Position numbers and translations under genes: made by a program
Part shown: piece after piece, positions 21,372 to 31,552 of the stretch
Layout of the letters: each line of letters starts with the position of its first letter
How positions within the stretch are numbered: the first letter of the stretch is position 1
Assembly (NCBI GenBank): GCA_018238155.1
Contig: JABCTZ010000046.1
Span: 96,001 to 160,000, forward strand
Length of the DNA stretch: 64,000 nt
DNA from: Candidatus Heimdallarchaeota archaeon
GTDB lineage: Archaea; Asgardarchaeota; Heimdallarchaeia; JABLTI01
Direction: 5' to 3'
The notes under the pieces: generated by a model
Told to the model about the DNA's origin: nothing
The model's input: only the letters and a program-made list of their open reading frames with translations
The model's database searches: none

Positions 21372-22508
21372 ATGGATGAAAACAAATACATACATTTAGT
21401 TGTTAAAGAAGAACCTCTTGGAGGATTCACAATATCTAACGCTCTAAGAGTTTTATGGCAAAATAAATTCAGAATACATATTAAATATTGGCCTCGATTT
21501 TGGTATGCATTACTCATAATCTGGTTAACAGCACCATTAGGATGGATTGAGAGAATACGTTTTAACAGAAAGATTAAGAAAACAAAAATAAAAACAGATC
21601 CATTATTTATTATTGGTCATTATAGAACTGGAACAACATATCTTATCACATTGCTTGCTCATGATAAAAATAAAGGGTATGTATCCAATTTAGAAGCTTA
21701 TGCACCTCATTACTTCTTGGCATTTGCGAAATTTACTAAGAGTCTTTTAGATTTCTCATTACCAGAAAGTAGACCAATGGATGATGTAATAATGGGAAGC
21801 GATGAGCCAACAGAAGAAGAGTATGCAATTGGTGCAACAGACAAATTCGGATTCTATAATGGATTCATTTTCCCAAAGAATTTCAAACTATATTCTCAAT
21901 ACAATTCCTTTGACAAATGTCCTCCAAAGGACCTGGTGAATTGGAGAAAAAGATATGATTATTTTGTTAAGAAGATGACTTTAAAGTATGATGGAAAAAT
22001 GCTTTTCCTAAAAAATCCTGCAAACACATACAGATTGAAAACGATTTTAGACATGTATCCAAATGCTAAATTCATCCACATTTATCGAAATCCCTACGAA
22101 ATGTATTCTTCAACAGTAAGATTTTTCAGAGAAGTATTTGCAATTTACGCTTTGCAAACATGGAAAGATGAAGATTTACAAGAAGGGATTTTGGAAAATT
22201 ACAAAGAAATGTATGAAAAATTCAATGTGGACCGACATTTGATTCCTAAAGAAAATCTCGTAGAAATTCAATATGAAGAATTTCTTAAGAAACCAATGCA
22301 CTTTATTGAGAAGGTTTACAAGGATTTACGAATTGATGGATTTGAAGAAGCTAAAGATAGATTCGCCAATTATGTTGAATCTCAAGCATCGTATAAACCA
22401 AACAAACACACCATATCTGATGATATAATTACTCGAGTTAACAAACACTGGGATTTCATCAGAGAGCAACACGACTATAAGAAATTAGAACCTAATAATC
22501 AAAAATGA
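21372..22508 (+). CDS. PAPS-dependent sulfotransferase, tandem paralog
   Basis: GHYRTGTT, LKNPANT and YRNPYEMYSS. Start set at ATG 21372 (MDENKY) from alignment with the paralog and an upstream AGGTGG. Confidence 0.9.
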   Translation: MDENKYIHLVVKEEPLGGFTISNALRVLWQNKFRIHIKYWPRFWYALLIIWLTAPLGWIERIRFNRKIKKTKIKTDPLFIIGHYRTGTTYLITLLAHDKNKGYVSNLEAYAPHYFLAFAKFTKSLLDFSLPESRPMDDVIMGSDEPTEEEYAIGATDKFGFYNGFIFPKNFKLYSQYNSFDKCPPKDLVNWRKRYDYFVKKMTLKYDGKMLFLKNPANTYRLKTILDMYPNAKFIHIYRNPYEMYSSTVRFFREVFAIYALQTWKDEDLQEGILENYKEMYEKFNVDRHLIPKENLVEIQYEEFLKKPMHFIEKVYKDLRIDGFEEAKDRFANYVESQASYKPNKHTISDDIITRVNKHWDFIREQHDYKKLEPNNQK

Positions 22509-22582
22509 AACCATTAAAAATTGAGAAAGAGAAAATAATATTTCATCTCTTCAAAATACTGCTGGTACTTGAAAGAATAGAT

Positions 22583-22610
22583 TTGTCTATGAATAGACTA
22601 TCATAGACAA
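22583..22610. repeat. Perfect 10-bp inverted repeat with 8-nt spacer
   Basis: TTGTCTATGA-atagacta-TCATAGACAA. Confidence 0.6.
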
Positions 22611-22664
22611 TAACTTTCGAGTACTCTTATTGTTTAATAAAGATCAAGTGTTTTCAAATCTAAG

Positions 22665-22722
22665 ATTCAGTAGTGAATGATGGTCTTCTGATGCCAATTT
22701 AGAAAAGATATATTAATAAATG
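22665..22722 (+). repeat. 58-bp direct repeat, copy 1; includes the putative BRE/TATA of the LRR gene
   Basis: 48/58 identical, ungapped, to 23661-23718. Contains GAAAAGATATATTAA ~45 bp before the start codon. Confidence 0.8.
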
Positions 22723-22758
22723 TTATTTTGCATTAAAACAATGTTAATTCTTTGAGTA

Positions 22759-23541
22759 GTGATTTCAATGAAAACAAATCAACGGAAAACTGGAGAGATC
22801 ATCAAATACCATGACACGCCTATAATTCGACTAGAAGGCGAATTTTTATTGAAACTTGAATCAATAATAGGTGAACCAATACCTGTTTTATCTGAGCTGG
22901 TTCACGATATAAATAATGTATTTGGATTCGCTATACAAGAAAATCAAATCATTCAACTTAGATTACATGGAAAAAAATTAACCTCTCTCCCAAAGACAAT
23001 TGAGAACTTGATAGGACTTAAAGAACTAAATTTAGAAGATAATCAATTGACTTCCCTACCTGAGACAATAGGAAACCTAACAAAACTTAAAGAACTAAAT
23101 TTATCAGATAATCGATTGACTTCTCTCCCTGTAACATTTGGAAACCTTACAAAACTCACAAAACTAGATTTGTCTGGTAATCCTCAATTAACTTCCCTCT
23201 CTAAGGCAATAGAAAACCTAACAAAGCTTAAAGAACTAAATTTAGAAAGGAATCAATTGACTTCCCTCCCTGAGACAATAGGAAATCTAAAATCACTTGA
23301 ATCACTTGATTTAAGTTATAATATTCAATTGACTTCCCTACCTGAGACAATAGAAAATCTGACAACACTTGAATCACTTGATTTATCTGATAATCAATTA
23401 TCCTCTCTTCCAGAAACAATCGGAAATCTAACAGAACTTAAAGACCTAAATTTAGAAGATAATCAATTGACTTCACTCCCAGAGACAATTAAACAATGGT
23501 TACAAAATCTCAAGGAGAATAGGTGTGAACTCAAACAATGA
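22759..23541 (+). CDS. Leucine-rich repeat protein
   Basis: About 8 tandem 23-24 aa repeats with consensus LTSLPETIGNLTKLKELNLxxNQ. Confidence 0.95.
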   Translation: MISMKTNQRKTGEIIKYHDTPIIRLEGEFLLKLESIIGEPIPVLSELVHDINNVFGFAIQENQIIQLRLHGKKLTSLPKTIENLIGLKELNLEDNQLTSLPETIGNLTKLKELNLSDNRLTSLPVTFGNLTKLTKLDLSGNPQLTSLSKAIENLTKLKELNLERNQLTSLPETIGNLKSLESLDLSYNIQLTSLPETIENLTTLESLDLSDNQLSSLPETIGNLTELKDLNLEDNQLTSLPETIKQWLQNLKENRCELKQ

Positions 23542-23660
23542 ACTACTTTCTATTTCGAAATTGCTGAATTTCTTAAGTAAATTAGAACCATTGCTTTTGG
23601 TTTCACTTAAGGTTCTCCACTTTTTTTAAAATTAAACAGAGTTCATTCTTCACTTTTAAA

Positions 23661-23718
23661 ATTCAGTAGTGAGTGATGGTCTCATGACACTAATCTCAAA
23701 AAGCTATATTAATAAATG
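23661..23718 (+). repeat. 58-bp direct repeat, copy 2; no + strand gene follows
   Basis: ATTCAGTAGTGAGTGATGGTCTC…AAAAGCTATATTAATAAATG matches 22665-22722. Confidence 0.8.
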
Positions 23719-23772
23719 ACAAAATAATAACTCAGAAATAAAAATGAAATGGGTTCTTTCCCCATTAGAAGA

Positions 23773-25944
23773 TCATTTTTCTTTCTGAAGATCCTTCATT
23801 TTTTCATGAAGTTGTTCAAAAGCTTCTTTCTTTAATTTTTCTGTTGCTTTCTTCAGCTTTACAATAGAATGATATTTCTCTGGTTGGCAATATTTATTAA
23901 ACCACTCAATAATTTTCTCCAATCTATCAAGACGTCTTGTTGGTTGCCCTGATCGAGATAATTCATGACCTTCTCCAGGATACCTAATAAATTCAACATC
24001 TAATTCAGGATTAGAACGTTTTATTCCTTGGAAAAGCATTTCAGCATCAGGTATGGGTGCACGATAATCTTGATCGCTATGAATTATTCTTAGAGGAGTA
24101 GTGATATTTTCTGCAAAAGCAGCAGGAGATCGTTCCCATAAAAATGGATTATCTTCAAGTGGAGATACACCAAATTCATCATCAATGAGCACTCGAGCAC
24201 CATCAGATGTTGCCCAAAAACTTGATAGGAAATATACACCTCTTTGACTGACTGCAGCAGCAAAACGATTGTCATGCCCCACAATCCAAGCAGTCATGAA
24301 TCCGGCATATGAACCACCTGTTATACACATTCGTTTTTCATCGATGAAACCTCTTTTAACAACTAAATCTACTCCATTTAGGATATCCTGTGAATCATTA
24401 TCTCCCCAAGCTTTCTCAATAGCTTGGAAAAATTCTTGACCGTAGCCATCACTTCCACGAGGATTACAATAAAAAACAACATATCCTGCTGCAGCTAACA
24501 ATTGAAATTCATGGAACATTGGGATTGATTGGTGGTTTGACCACATAACATGAGGACCACCATGCATATTCAAAGCAAGTGGATATTTCTTACTTGAATC
24601 AAATTTGTGTGGAGTCATAATCCAACCTTGGATTTGGAAGTCAGCATTATTTCCATCGTACCACACTTCTTCTGTTTTTCCAAGCTTCTTTTTCTTAAGG
24701 TATTTTTCATTTGGAGCATCAAGTAATTCTTCTTTCTCAGACGGTATATGATATCGATAGAGTTTTGATGGGTCATTTACATGGAAAGCATGATATGTTA
24801 ACCATTCCTTATCTGTTGAAATATCAAAACCTGCTATAACTTTTTTTCCGCCTACTATTTTCTCAATTTCATTTGTATCCACTTTTACTCTCCAGATTGC
24901 TTCTAATCCTTTTTCTGGAACAGTGAAATAGATGTGTTGATCATCCTCTGACCAAATAGCCATATTTTTGTGATTATCTATTTCTTCAGCTAAGAGTGTT
25001 CGTGTTCCATCAGTAAGATCATAGACACATAATCTTTCTTGAGCCAATGTTCCAAGGTTTTCATCACTAATAGTGGAGATTGCTTTTTTACCATCTGAAG
25101 ATAACTCAAAATTAAGTCCCCAACCATAGTGATCTTTGATTATTACAGATACCTTTCCTTTTGGAGAAATTTTCAATAGTTCCCAATTTCGGGTTTCATC
25201 TCCTTCCCCTGGTTTTTGGCGAGCAGTTACAACATAAGAATTATCTGATAAAAGATAAGCAGAATTATAATCATCTTCGATGGAATTTGTCCATCTTTTT
25301 ACTTCTTTACTTTCTAGGTCAATGACATGAATTTGACCTTTTTTATCATCTTTGTATGAAGTTCCAGATCGATATTCAGTTCTAGTAATTACTCTTGGTT
25401 CTGTTTTCTTTTCCTCAAATTTCTTCTTTTCCATATTCATCAGAGCAATTTCATCTGGGAGCATTTCTTTTTGTTCTTCTTCAGAAGGTGCTTCTAGCTC
25501 GTCCTTATTCAATTTGGAAATAAAAACAATCTTTGTTCCATCGAGACTCCATTCAAAATTATTTACTCCATTTGATATTTTTGTTAATTGGATAGCTTCT
25601 CCACCATCAAAAGGAATCAAATAAATCTGTGGTTTTGGTGATTTGTTTTCTAGACTTGGTTTGCTACTCTGGACTCCTCGTACTGAAATAAATGCTAGTA
25701 ATTCTCCATCAGGAGACCATTTGATATTATAATCGTTTGGTAATCCCTGTGTAAATTGTTGTGGAATATCAGCTATTTTCCAAATTGTATTTCTGTAACC
25801 ATTATCTTCTTTGTTGGCTTGATTAATCGAATAATAAACCTCATTTGTATTAGGTCGAAAAGTAGGGTTTGATATTTGTTTTAATTGATAAAGATCTTCT
25901 ACAGAAATAGAACTCTTTTTTGTTCCACTATCTTTTTTCGTCAT
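23773..25944 (-). CDS. S9 family peptidase (acylaminoacyl/dipeptidyl peptidase-like) with N-terminal beta-propeller
   Basis: HGGPH, NPRGS.GYG, nucleophile GGSYAG, Asp in D.RAP and His in GEGHEL. WSPDG-type repeats. Confidence 0.93.
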   Translation of the reverse strand: MTKKDSGTKKSSISVEDLYQLKQISNPTFRPNTNEVYYSINQANKEDNGYRNTIWKIADIPQQFTQGLPNDYNIKWSPDGELLAFISVRGVQSSKPSLENKSPKPQIYLIPFDGGEAIQLTKISNGVNNFEWSLDGTKIVFISKLNKDELEAPSEEEQKEMLPDEIALMNMEKKKFEEKKTEPRVITRTEYRSGTSYKDDKKGQIHVIDLESKEVKRWTNSIEDDYNSAYLLSDNSYVVTARQKPGEGDETRNWELLKISPKGKVSVIIKDHYGWGLNFELSSDGKKAISTISDENLGTLAQERLCVYDLTDGTRTLLAEEIDNHKNMAIWSEDDQHIYFTVPEKGLEAIWRVKVDTNEIEKIVGGKKVIAGFDISTDKEWLTYHAFHVNDPSKLYRYHIPSEKEELLDAPNEKYLKKKKLGKTEEVWYDGNNADFQIQGWIMTPHKFDSSKKYPLALNMHGGPHVMWSNHQSIPMFHEFQLLAAAGYVVFYCNPRGSDGYGQEFFQAIEKAWGDNDSQDILNGVDLVVKRGFIDEKRMCITGGSYAGFMTAWIVGHDNRFAAAVSQRGVYFLSSFWATSDGARVLIDDEFGVSPLEDNPFLWERSPAAFAENITTPLRIIHSDQDYRAPIPDAEMLFQGIKRSNPELDVEFIRYPGEGHELSRSGQPTRRLDRLEKIIEWFNKYCQPEKYHSIVKLKKATEKLKKEAFEQLHEKMKDLQKEK

Positions 25945-26029
25945 AAATATGACATAGATTCACTTATTTATTTTAGTTTTGCTATATGGAAAAATAAAAA
26001 TGAGAATTTAGAATGAATAGTTGAACAAA

Positions 26030-26512
26030 CTATTTCTTCTTCTTCTTCTTGAACAATTTAATGAGTTCTGTTGAATCGCAACAATCATATTTTTCTGCTA
26101 GTTTGCTTAAAGCTTCTGTTGCAGCTTGTCGAACTTGCGTGCTTTTGTCATCGAGTCTTGCCTTATCAAGTATGGATACAACATCGATTGTTGATTCGCT
26201 CATTGATTGAAGTACAATAGCTGCACGCTCTCTTACTTTTTCGCTTTGATCTTCTTTCAGTGCTTTACACAATGAGGGTGCTGCTTGTGATGCTTTTGCA
26301 CCAATCCATTGTAAAGAAATAGCTGCTTCTACACGAACGTTCTCACTTTTATCATCTAGGAGAGCTTTAATTAATTCAGGAACAGCCTCATCAGCAACAT
26401 CTGCACCAATCCAACCTAAATCTCGTGCTGCTTCTACACGGGTACTTTCTCCCCAACCTTCTCGAAGCTGCCAGATCATTTTATCTAGCTTTTTCTTATC
26501 TGGTCCGCTCAT
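26030..26512 (-). CDS. HEAT-repeat (PBS-lyase-like) protein
   Basis: Repeats of D.S..VR..AA..L..IG. Confidence 0.85.
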   Translation of the reverse strand: MSGPDKKKLDKMIWQLREGWGESTRVEAARDLGWIGADVADEAVPELIKALLDDKSENVRVEAAISLQWIGAKASQAAPSLCKALKEDQSEKVRERAAIVLQSMSESTIDVVSILDKARLDDKSTQVRQAATEALSKLAEKYDCCDSTELIKLFKKKKKK

Positions 26513-26809
26513 TCTTGCAAATCCTTTAACTTTAATTAGAATTATATCCGTATTAAAACGCTCTGTTTAATCGAACGATATAATTTAAGACAAAAACTTC
26601 TTAATAAGTCTAATTGTTTAACCAAATGCTTGATAAATACAATGATGACCTATTTTAGAGAGATTTTCATGCGTCTCTTAATACGGTAGACGAACAATAG
26701 TAATGGTTTATATGTTTTGGCATAGATATTTAACGTATTAATTTAAACAAATCTATTTAACAAAACTAAAGATTATCTATTATCATAAACAGTATCTGGT
26801 GCATCTACC

Positions 26810-28432
26810 TTGAATAAGCGTATGTTTATTGTTAGAAAAATATTGATAATGCTTACTTATTTAGTAATATGTAATGTATTTGTACCTAAAATTGAAAATG
26901 GCTTTTCTTCAGCAAATACTAATAATCAAACCATAATTTCAAATGGAATATTACAAGGATCAAAAAATACCAATATTCATTATCTGTTTGGGAAAACAAT
27001 CACTTGGCGAGATTCATTTGAAATTGAAGGAAAATCAATCACATTTGATAAGCAAGGGAACAGTTACTTTACAGGAACAATTCTAACTGACTTTTTAGTG
27101 GGTACCTCAGACATATTTTTAGGAAAACTAAATTCAAATGGAACACTTGTTTGGTTAAATATTTATGATTATAAAACAGCAGATGTGGTCTATGATCTAT
27201 GTTTAAATGAAGTAACAAATCTCATCTATATTGTTGGTTCAACAATAAATTCATCTCGAGTAATTAATACAGATTTCTTAATTGGTTGTTATGACACTAT
27301 TTCTGGAATTGAAATTTGGAATACTACCTTTGGTGTTGAGAATTACTCTGAAATCGGTTATTCAATTGATTTTTTTGAGAACAAATTATTCATTACCGGT
27401 ACTAGAACAGAATATATTGAAATTGATACAAATCCGGATATAATTTTAGCTTGCTTTGATTCCCTTACAGGAATAGATATCTGGGTTAAAAATTTCGCAA
27501 CTGAAAATTATGATTATGCTCCAAAATTAATTTTAGATACAACCAATGAAGAAATGTACTTTGTTTTCAACAGCAAGAATAATAAAGATACTACAGAAAA
27601 CAACCAATATTCCATTAAGAAATTGTCCTTAGAAGGAAACCAAACTTGGGAAATAAATTCACTTTTATCTGAAAATATAATTCTCAATGATTTTTCCATT
27701 GATACATCAAATAATTTACTTGTTATTGTGGGAGAATTTACAAATTTTGAAGTTAGCAATAATAAAGATACAGTCATTGTTTCTTATGATTTAACTGGAA
27801 ATGAAAAAAAGCGAATATTCTTTGGTACAAAGGAATTTGATGAAGTTGGCTTGACTATAGCAATTGACAAATCGGGAAATTTTATTATTGCAGGGTATTC
27901 AACTTCCGATTTGTTCAACAAGAACGTTGCTTTTATGACCAAAATTGATTCTACAGGAAAAGTAATTTGGACAGGAAAAATGGAAAAGTATCTTAGAAGT
28001 AGAGTAAACAATTTAGCTATTAATGATTTAGGATTTATAGTTACTACAGGATCCGCAGAAGGAAGACATGATTATATTTTCATAAGGCTTTTAGTCGGTT
28101 TTACCGTTGATGAAGATGATGATAATTTGAGTACTTATTTTGAAGTAGAAATTGGAACAGATCCTACTTTATTTGATACCGATCAAGATGGTTTTTCAGA
28201 TGGACAAGAATTTCTGCATAACACTGATCCATTAAACAAATATAGCAATACGACTAATAGAAGTATTTTGTTTAATTTTGGTATAGCATTCACTTGTATA
28301 ATTATATTCCTTTTTCTTGTAGTTAACTTCTTTATCAAAAAGAAAGGTAATGATGAAACTTCAGCAATAGTAAAAGTATACGATAAAATCATTTCTACAT
28401 TTAAAAGGAAAAGAAGGATAAAACATGATTAA
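26810..28432 (+). CDS. Membrane-anchored beta-propeller (SBBP-like) surface protein with Asp-rich Ca-binding-like repeat
   Basis: N-terminal hydrophobic segment, repeats D..GN.Y.TG…D..L.K….G…W, TDP…DTDQDGFSDGQE, and a C-terminal TM followed by KKK. Confidence 0.7.
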   Translation: MNKRMFIVRKILIMLTYLVICNVFVPKIENGFSSANTNNQTIISNGILQGSKNTNIHYLFGKTITWRDSFEIEGKSITFDKQGNSYFTGTILTDFLVGTSDIFLGKLNSNGTLVWLNIYDYKTADVVYDLCLNEVTNLIYIVGSTINSSRVINTDFLIGCYDTISGIEIWNTTFGVENYSEIGYSIDFFENKLFITGTRTEYIEIDTNPDIILACFDSLTGIDIWVKNFATENYDYAPKLILDTTNEEMYFVFNSKNNKDTTENNQYSIKKLSLEGNQTWEINSLLSENIILNDFSIDTSNNLLVIVGEFTNFEVSNNKDTVIVSYDLTGNEKKRIFFGTKEFDEVGLTIAIDKSGNFIIAGYSTSDLFNKNVAFMTKIDSTGKVIWTGKMEKYLRSRVNNLAINDLGFIVTTGSAEGRHDYIFIRLLVGFTVDEDDDNLSTYFEVEIGTDPTLFDTDQDGFSDGQEFLHNTDPLNKYSNTTNRSILFNFGIAFTCIIIFLFLVVNFFIKKKGNDETSAIVKVYDKIISTFKRKRRIKHD

Positions 28433-28521
28433 TCTTTAATTTTATGATGCAAAAAGATTTGGTTTTTTTGTAAAAATTTAAGAATGGAAATCTTTCCTTG
28501 AATAACAAGTGTTGATTATCT

Positions 28522-29361
28522 ATGCCTATTTGCACAAATTGTGATTCTACTGTTGATGACGATGCATTCATTTGTCCTTTCTGCGGGATGAAATTAGAGC
28601 AAAAAGATAAGCAAGATAACAATGAAGAACTGTCTTCGAATTTCATTGTTAAATTAGATTCTTCGAGCTCTCCAAATTTAATTGTAGAAAAACAATTAGT
28701 ATCTCCACAATCTATTGGAGAGCCAATTATTAGTGAGGATCAAATATTTCATTCTCAAGATATCGAAGAAATCGAAATGGAAGAATTCCAAAATCAAAAT
28801 GTGCCAATTTCTTTATCACCAGTACCAGAACGAAATTATCTCGTTTGGTTTCTTTTAGGCATTGCGTCACTTGGTATTTGTTTTCTAATTTACCTTTATC
28901 TCAATTTAGAAGATTTAGAGAAGCATTCACATTATCCTCTTGAATTAAAGGCAAAACCTATCAAAGTTAATCCTTCTTCACTTTTGATACTTTTCTTTAT
29001 TTCAATCTGTTTTCTGTTCATACCCATTTTTTGGTATATGTATTATATTAAATATGCTAGCTTAACTAATCATATCCGAGAACAAAAAATAGATACTGCA
29101 CCAATAAAACTTCTTCATCCTATTTATTACATGATTCCTTTGGTACTCTCTCATATTTTTGCTGTAATTCCATTTATTATTAAACTAATTTCTAAAATAG
29201 ATATCAGAACTTCTATTCCAGAATTATTTTGGTCTATTTTTGCATTAATCATTGTTCTTACCTTGATAACATCTGTCATGGATTATTACTGGCAAAAAGC
29301 GTTCAATCACCACTGTAAAATTGCAATGATAAATTTGAATGTGATAAAAAATTCAGCCTAA
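28522..29361 (+). CDS. Zinc-ribbon membrane protein (DUF4234-like TM region)
   Basis: CTNC…CPFCG at the N-terminus, an acidic linker and four hydrophobic segments. Confidence 0.7.
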   Translation: MPICTNCDSTVDDDAFICPFCGMKLEQKDKQDNNEELSSNFIVKLDSSSSPNLIVEKQLVSPQSIGEPIISEDQIFHSQDIEEIEMEEFQNQNVPISLSPVPERNYLVWFLLGIASLGICFLIYLYLNLEDLEKHSHYPLELKAKPIKVNPSSLLILFFISICFLFIPIFWYMYYIKYASLTNHIREQKIDTAPIKLLHPIYYMIPLVLSHIFAVIPFIIKLISKIDIRTSIPELFWSIFALIIVLTLITSVMDYYWQKAFNHHCKIAMINLNVIKNSA

Positions 29362-29432
29362 ATTATTCAAAAACCGGTTATTTCCACATAAAAAAAATAG
29401 GTATTTTAATAGTTTGTTTCAAATATCTTGAT

Positions 29433-29645
29433 ATGTTTCCCAATAAAGAACGTCCTTGTTGCCAAAATTGTGATCATTTAAGAATTGATAATTTTTGTTT
29501 GGTTAAAGGCAAATACATTCTTTCTAAAAATATCTATAAAAATCGTGACTGTGTTGATTTCTCTTTAATTTTGTTTAACAATATTATTCCAGAAACCAAG
29601 CAACAATCAAAAGAAATCATTGCTAAATTAATGAATGAGGAGTAG
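29433..29645 (+). CDS. Small Cys-rich hypothetical protein
   Basis: CCQNCDH…C…C..F pattern; the ORF fills the intergenic gap. Confidence 0.55.
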   Translation: MFPNKERPCCQNCDHLRIDNFCLVKGKYILSKNIYKNRDCVDFSLILFNNIIPETKQQSKEIIAKLMNEE

Positions 29646-29665
29646 AGCAATTTTAGATTGAATAA

Positions 29666-30274
29666 TTATACAATAACTAATTTTACTGAAGTAAGATACG
29701 CATGAACGCCGGTATAACTTAATTCACTTAATTGACTATTCCATTCCCAAAGCTCAAAAATTATTTTATAGCTGGTTGAACTAGTTCCAAGTTGATTCAA
29801 AATTTTCGCTGAAAACATAAACCTAAATTCAGTTTCTGTTGAAGGTATCCATTGTTCTCCGACAGCAAGTACTTTTTGTTTCCAATGAGTTTTATGGAAA
29901 TATGTTGTATCATTTGTTCCATAAATATCCTGATTTATTAGGACAGATTGGAGGCCGATTTTTAATCTTACTTCAAAAAATTTGACTTGTTCGTAATGGT
30001 TGCCTAGAAGAATATAAAGAGAAATGATTTCAGAAGCTCCTTCTGTATTGTTATAATCAATATTTTGAGGGTAGCCTTCTGCTTCATATTTATCTTCTGC
30101 TGCATTGTATGTTAGTAATCCTAATTCGGCATAACCTTCTCCACTAATAGAAGGAGTAAAAATCAATGTTGTGGAAATTATAATACCAATTACAGTTAAA
30201 ACTAAAATAATTTTTGCTGCTAACTCAAAGTTGACTTCTCGTTTTGCTCGATTTTTACTATTCTTCTTAGACAT
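29666..30274 (-). CDS. DUF1616-like membrane-anchored protein (extracellular beta domain)
   Basis: N-terminal TM followed by EGYAELGLL…YP…LGNHY…KIIFELW. Confidence 0.6.
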   Translation of the reverse strand: MSKKNSKNRAKREVNFELAAKIILVLTVIGIIISTTLIFTPSISGEGYAELGLLTYNAAEDKYEAEGYPQNIDYNNTEGASEIISLYILLGNHYEQVKFFEVRLKIGLQSVLINQDIYGTNDTTYFHKTHWKQKVLAVGEQWIPSTETEFRFMFSAKILNQLGTSSTSYKIIFELWEWNSQLSELSYTGVHAYLTSVKLVIV

Positions 30275-30285
30275 GACTATTCACC

Positions 30286-30810
30286 TTACTTAGCAGCTTT
30301 TTTATCATTTCCCTCATTCAGGACATCTATTTCATAAACTATTTCCAAGTCTAGATATTCTTCATCACGCTTTCTTTTAAACCAACCCAAGATATTTCTA
30401 CCAAAAAAGACTATTATTGCAGCGATTACAATGATATTTATAGGGATAATAACATAAGGAAATATCTTACCCCATCGAGCATTATTAATTATCTCAGTTA
30501 CTTCATCTCTAATGGTTTCAGCAATAGTATATGCTTGATTATATAAGCCTACGCGATATTTTTCTAAAGCAATATTCAAATTATCAATGTAACTTTGAAC
30601 GTCAATTCCTTCCAAAGTGGCTTGCTCAATTTTCTCGAAAGCACTAACTATTAAATCGAAAGTCTCATCTTTGGTTGCAGCAGTAACATGTGTAACGGTT
30701 TTGAAGTTCACTAAATTTACTGTATTAATAAGCACAAGTAAAATCATTAAACTAAACAGAAATTTCCTTACTAGTACAATATTTCCGTTTATACTGACTA
30801 ATCTTTTCAT
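30286..30810 (-). CDS. Exported helical protein with C-terminal TM and basic tail
   Basis: Signal-like N-terminus, helical core AFEKIEQA…G.DV…L..A, TM then KRKR. Overlaps the upstream gene by 4 bp (ATGA). Confidence 0.65.
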   Translation of the reverse strand: MKRLVSINGNIVLVRKFLFSLMILLVLINTVNLVNFKTVTHVTAATKDETFDLIVSAFEKIEQATLEGIDVQSYIDNLNIALEKYRVGLYNQAYTIAETIRDEVTEIINNARWGKIFPYVIIPINIIVIAAIIVFFGRNILGWFKRKRDEEYLDLEIVYEIDVLNEGNDKKAAK

Positions 30811-31523
30811 TTTTCTGCAACCTCAAAAACCAATGTTTGATCTTCTTTTTTCTTGAAAATATATCCATCTCGACTGAGTTTAATTCGTAAACCAATCGAA
30901 ATTGCTGTACATACTAAAATGAAAATTGACAAACTTAATGCTATTGAAAGTGTATTGAATCTAAATGTATAATTCAAAAATAATCCATCTAGCAACAAAA
31001 CAACAATACTTAATCCAATAGCAGTTGCTATTCTCTCCAGAAAACGAAGATTATCATCTAATTCAGGGAATATTGCAGAAGTTAATGCCCAACCAGATAG
31101 AAATAACATAAAGAAACAGACAAAAATATACCTTACATAGAAGAAAAAACCGGAGCGAACATCAATTAAAACTAAAGTTAATACTAACATTATTGTAGCA
31201 ATGGTTATCCAAAACTCATAGGCGAAATAATTTCGTGCGAAGAAATAGTCTTTAAATTTCTTTGGAGGATCTATTGGTTCAAAAATTGGTTCTTGTAAAA
31301 ATAAATCCTTTTCATATTCCATTTCACGAATAATGGGGAGAATTTCCTCTCGCGTTAGAGCAGAATCAATTTCAAGAGATTCAACTAAAGCTCTTACATC
31401 AAATGGTTTCTTCTTCTTCAGAATAGCACTTAATTTCTCTTTGATTGCTTGTTTGTCTTTCTCATTTTCTTGACGTTCTTTGTGCTTTTGTTTTCGCCTT
31501 TTATCTTTAGGTGACATAAACAT
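30807..31523 (-). CDS. DUF1616-like membrane protein
   Basis: RY.F…LFLSGWAL…FP…LERIA.AIGLS pattern and four TM segments. Confidence 0.7.
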   Translation of the reverse strand: MFMSPKDKRRKQKHKERQENEKDKQAIKEKLSAILKKKKPFDVRALVESLEIDSALTREEILPIIREMEYEKDLFLQEPIFEPIDPPKKFKDYFFARNYFAYEFWITIATIMLVLTLVLIDVRSGFFFYVRYIFVCFFMLFLSGWALTSAIFPELDDNLRFLERIATAIGLSIVVLLLDGLFLNYTFRFNTLSIALSLSIFILVCTAISIGLRIKLSRDGYIFKKKEDQTLVFEVAEK

Positions 31524-31552
31524 CGCTCTTTGTTAGATATTCAGGAGGTAAT

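Noticed and set aside
22665-23718. CRISPR array, integron attC sites or C/D-box sRNA as explanation for the 58-bp repeats
   Set aside because: Only two copies ~1 kb apart, with no cas or integrase gene. The CTGA box-D-like element is not conserved in copy 2.
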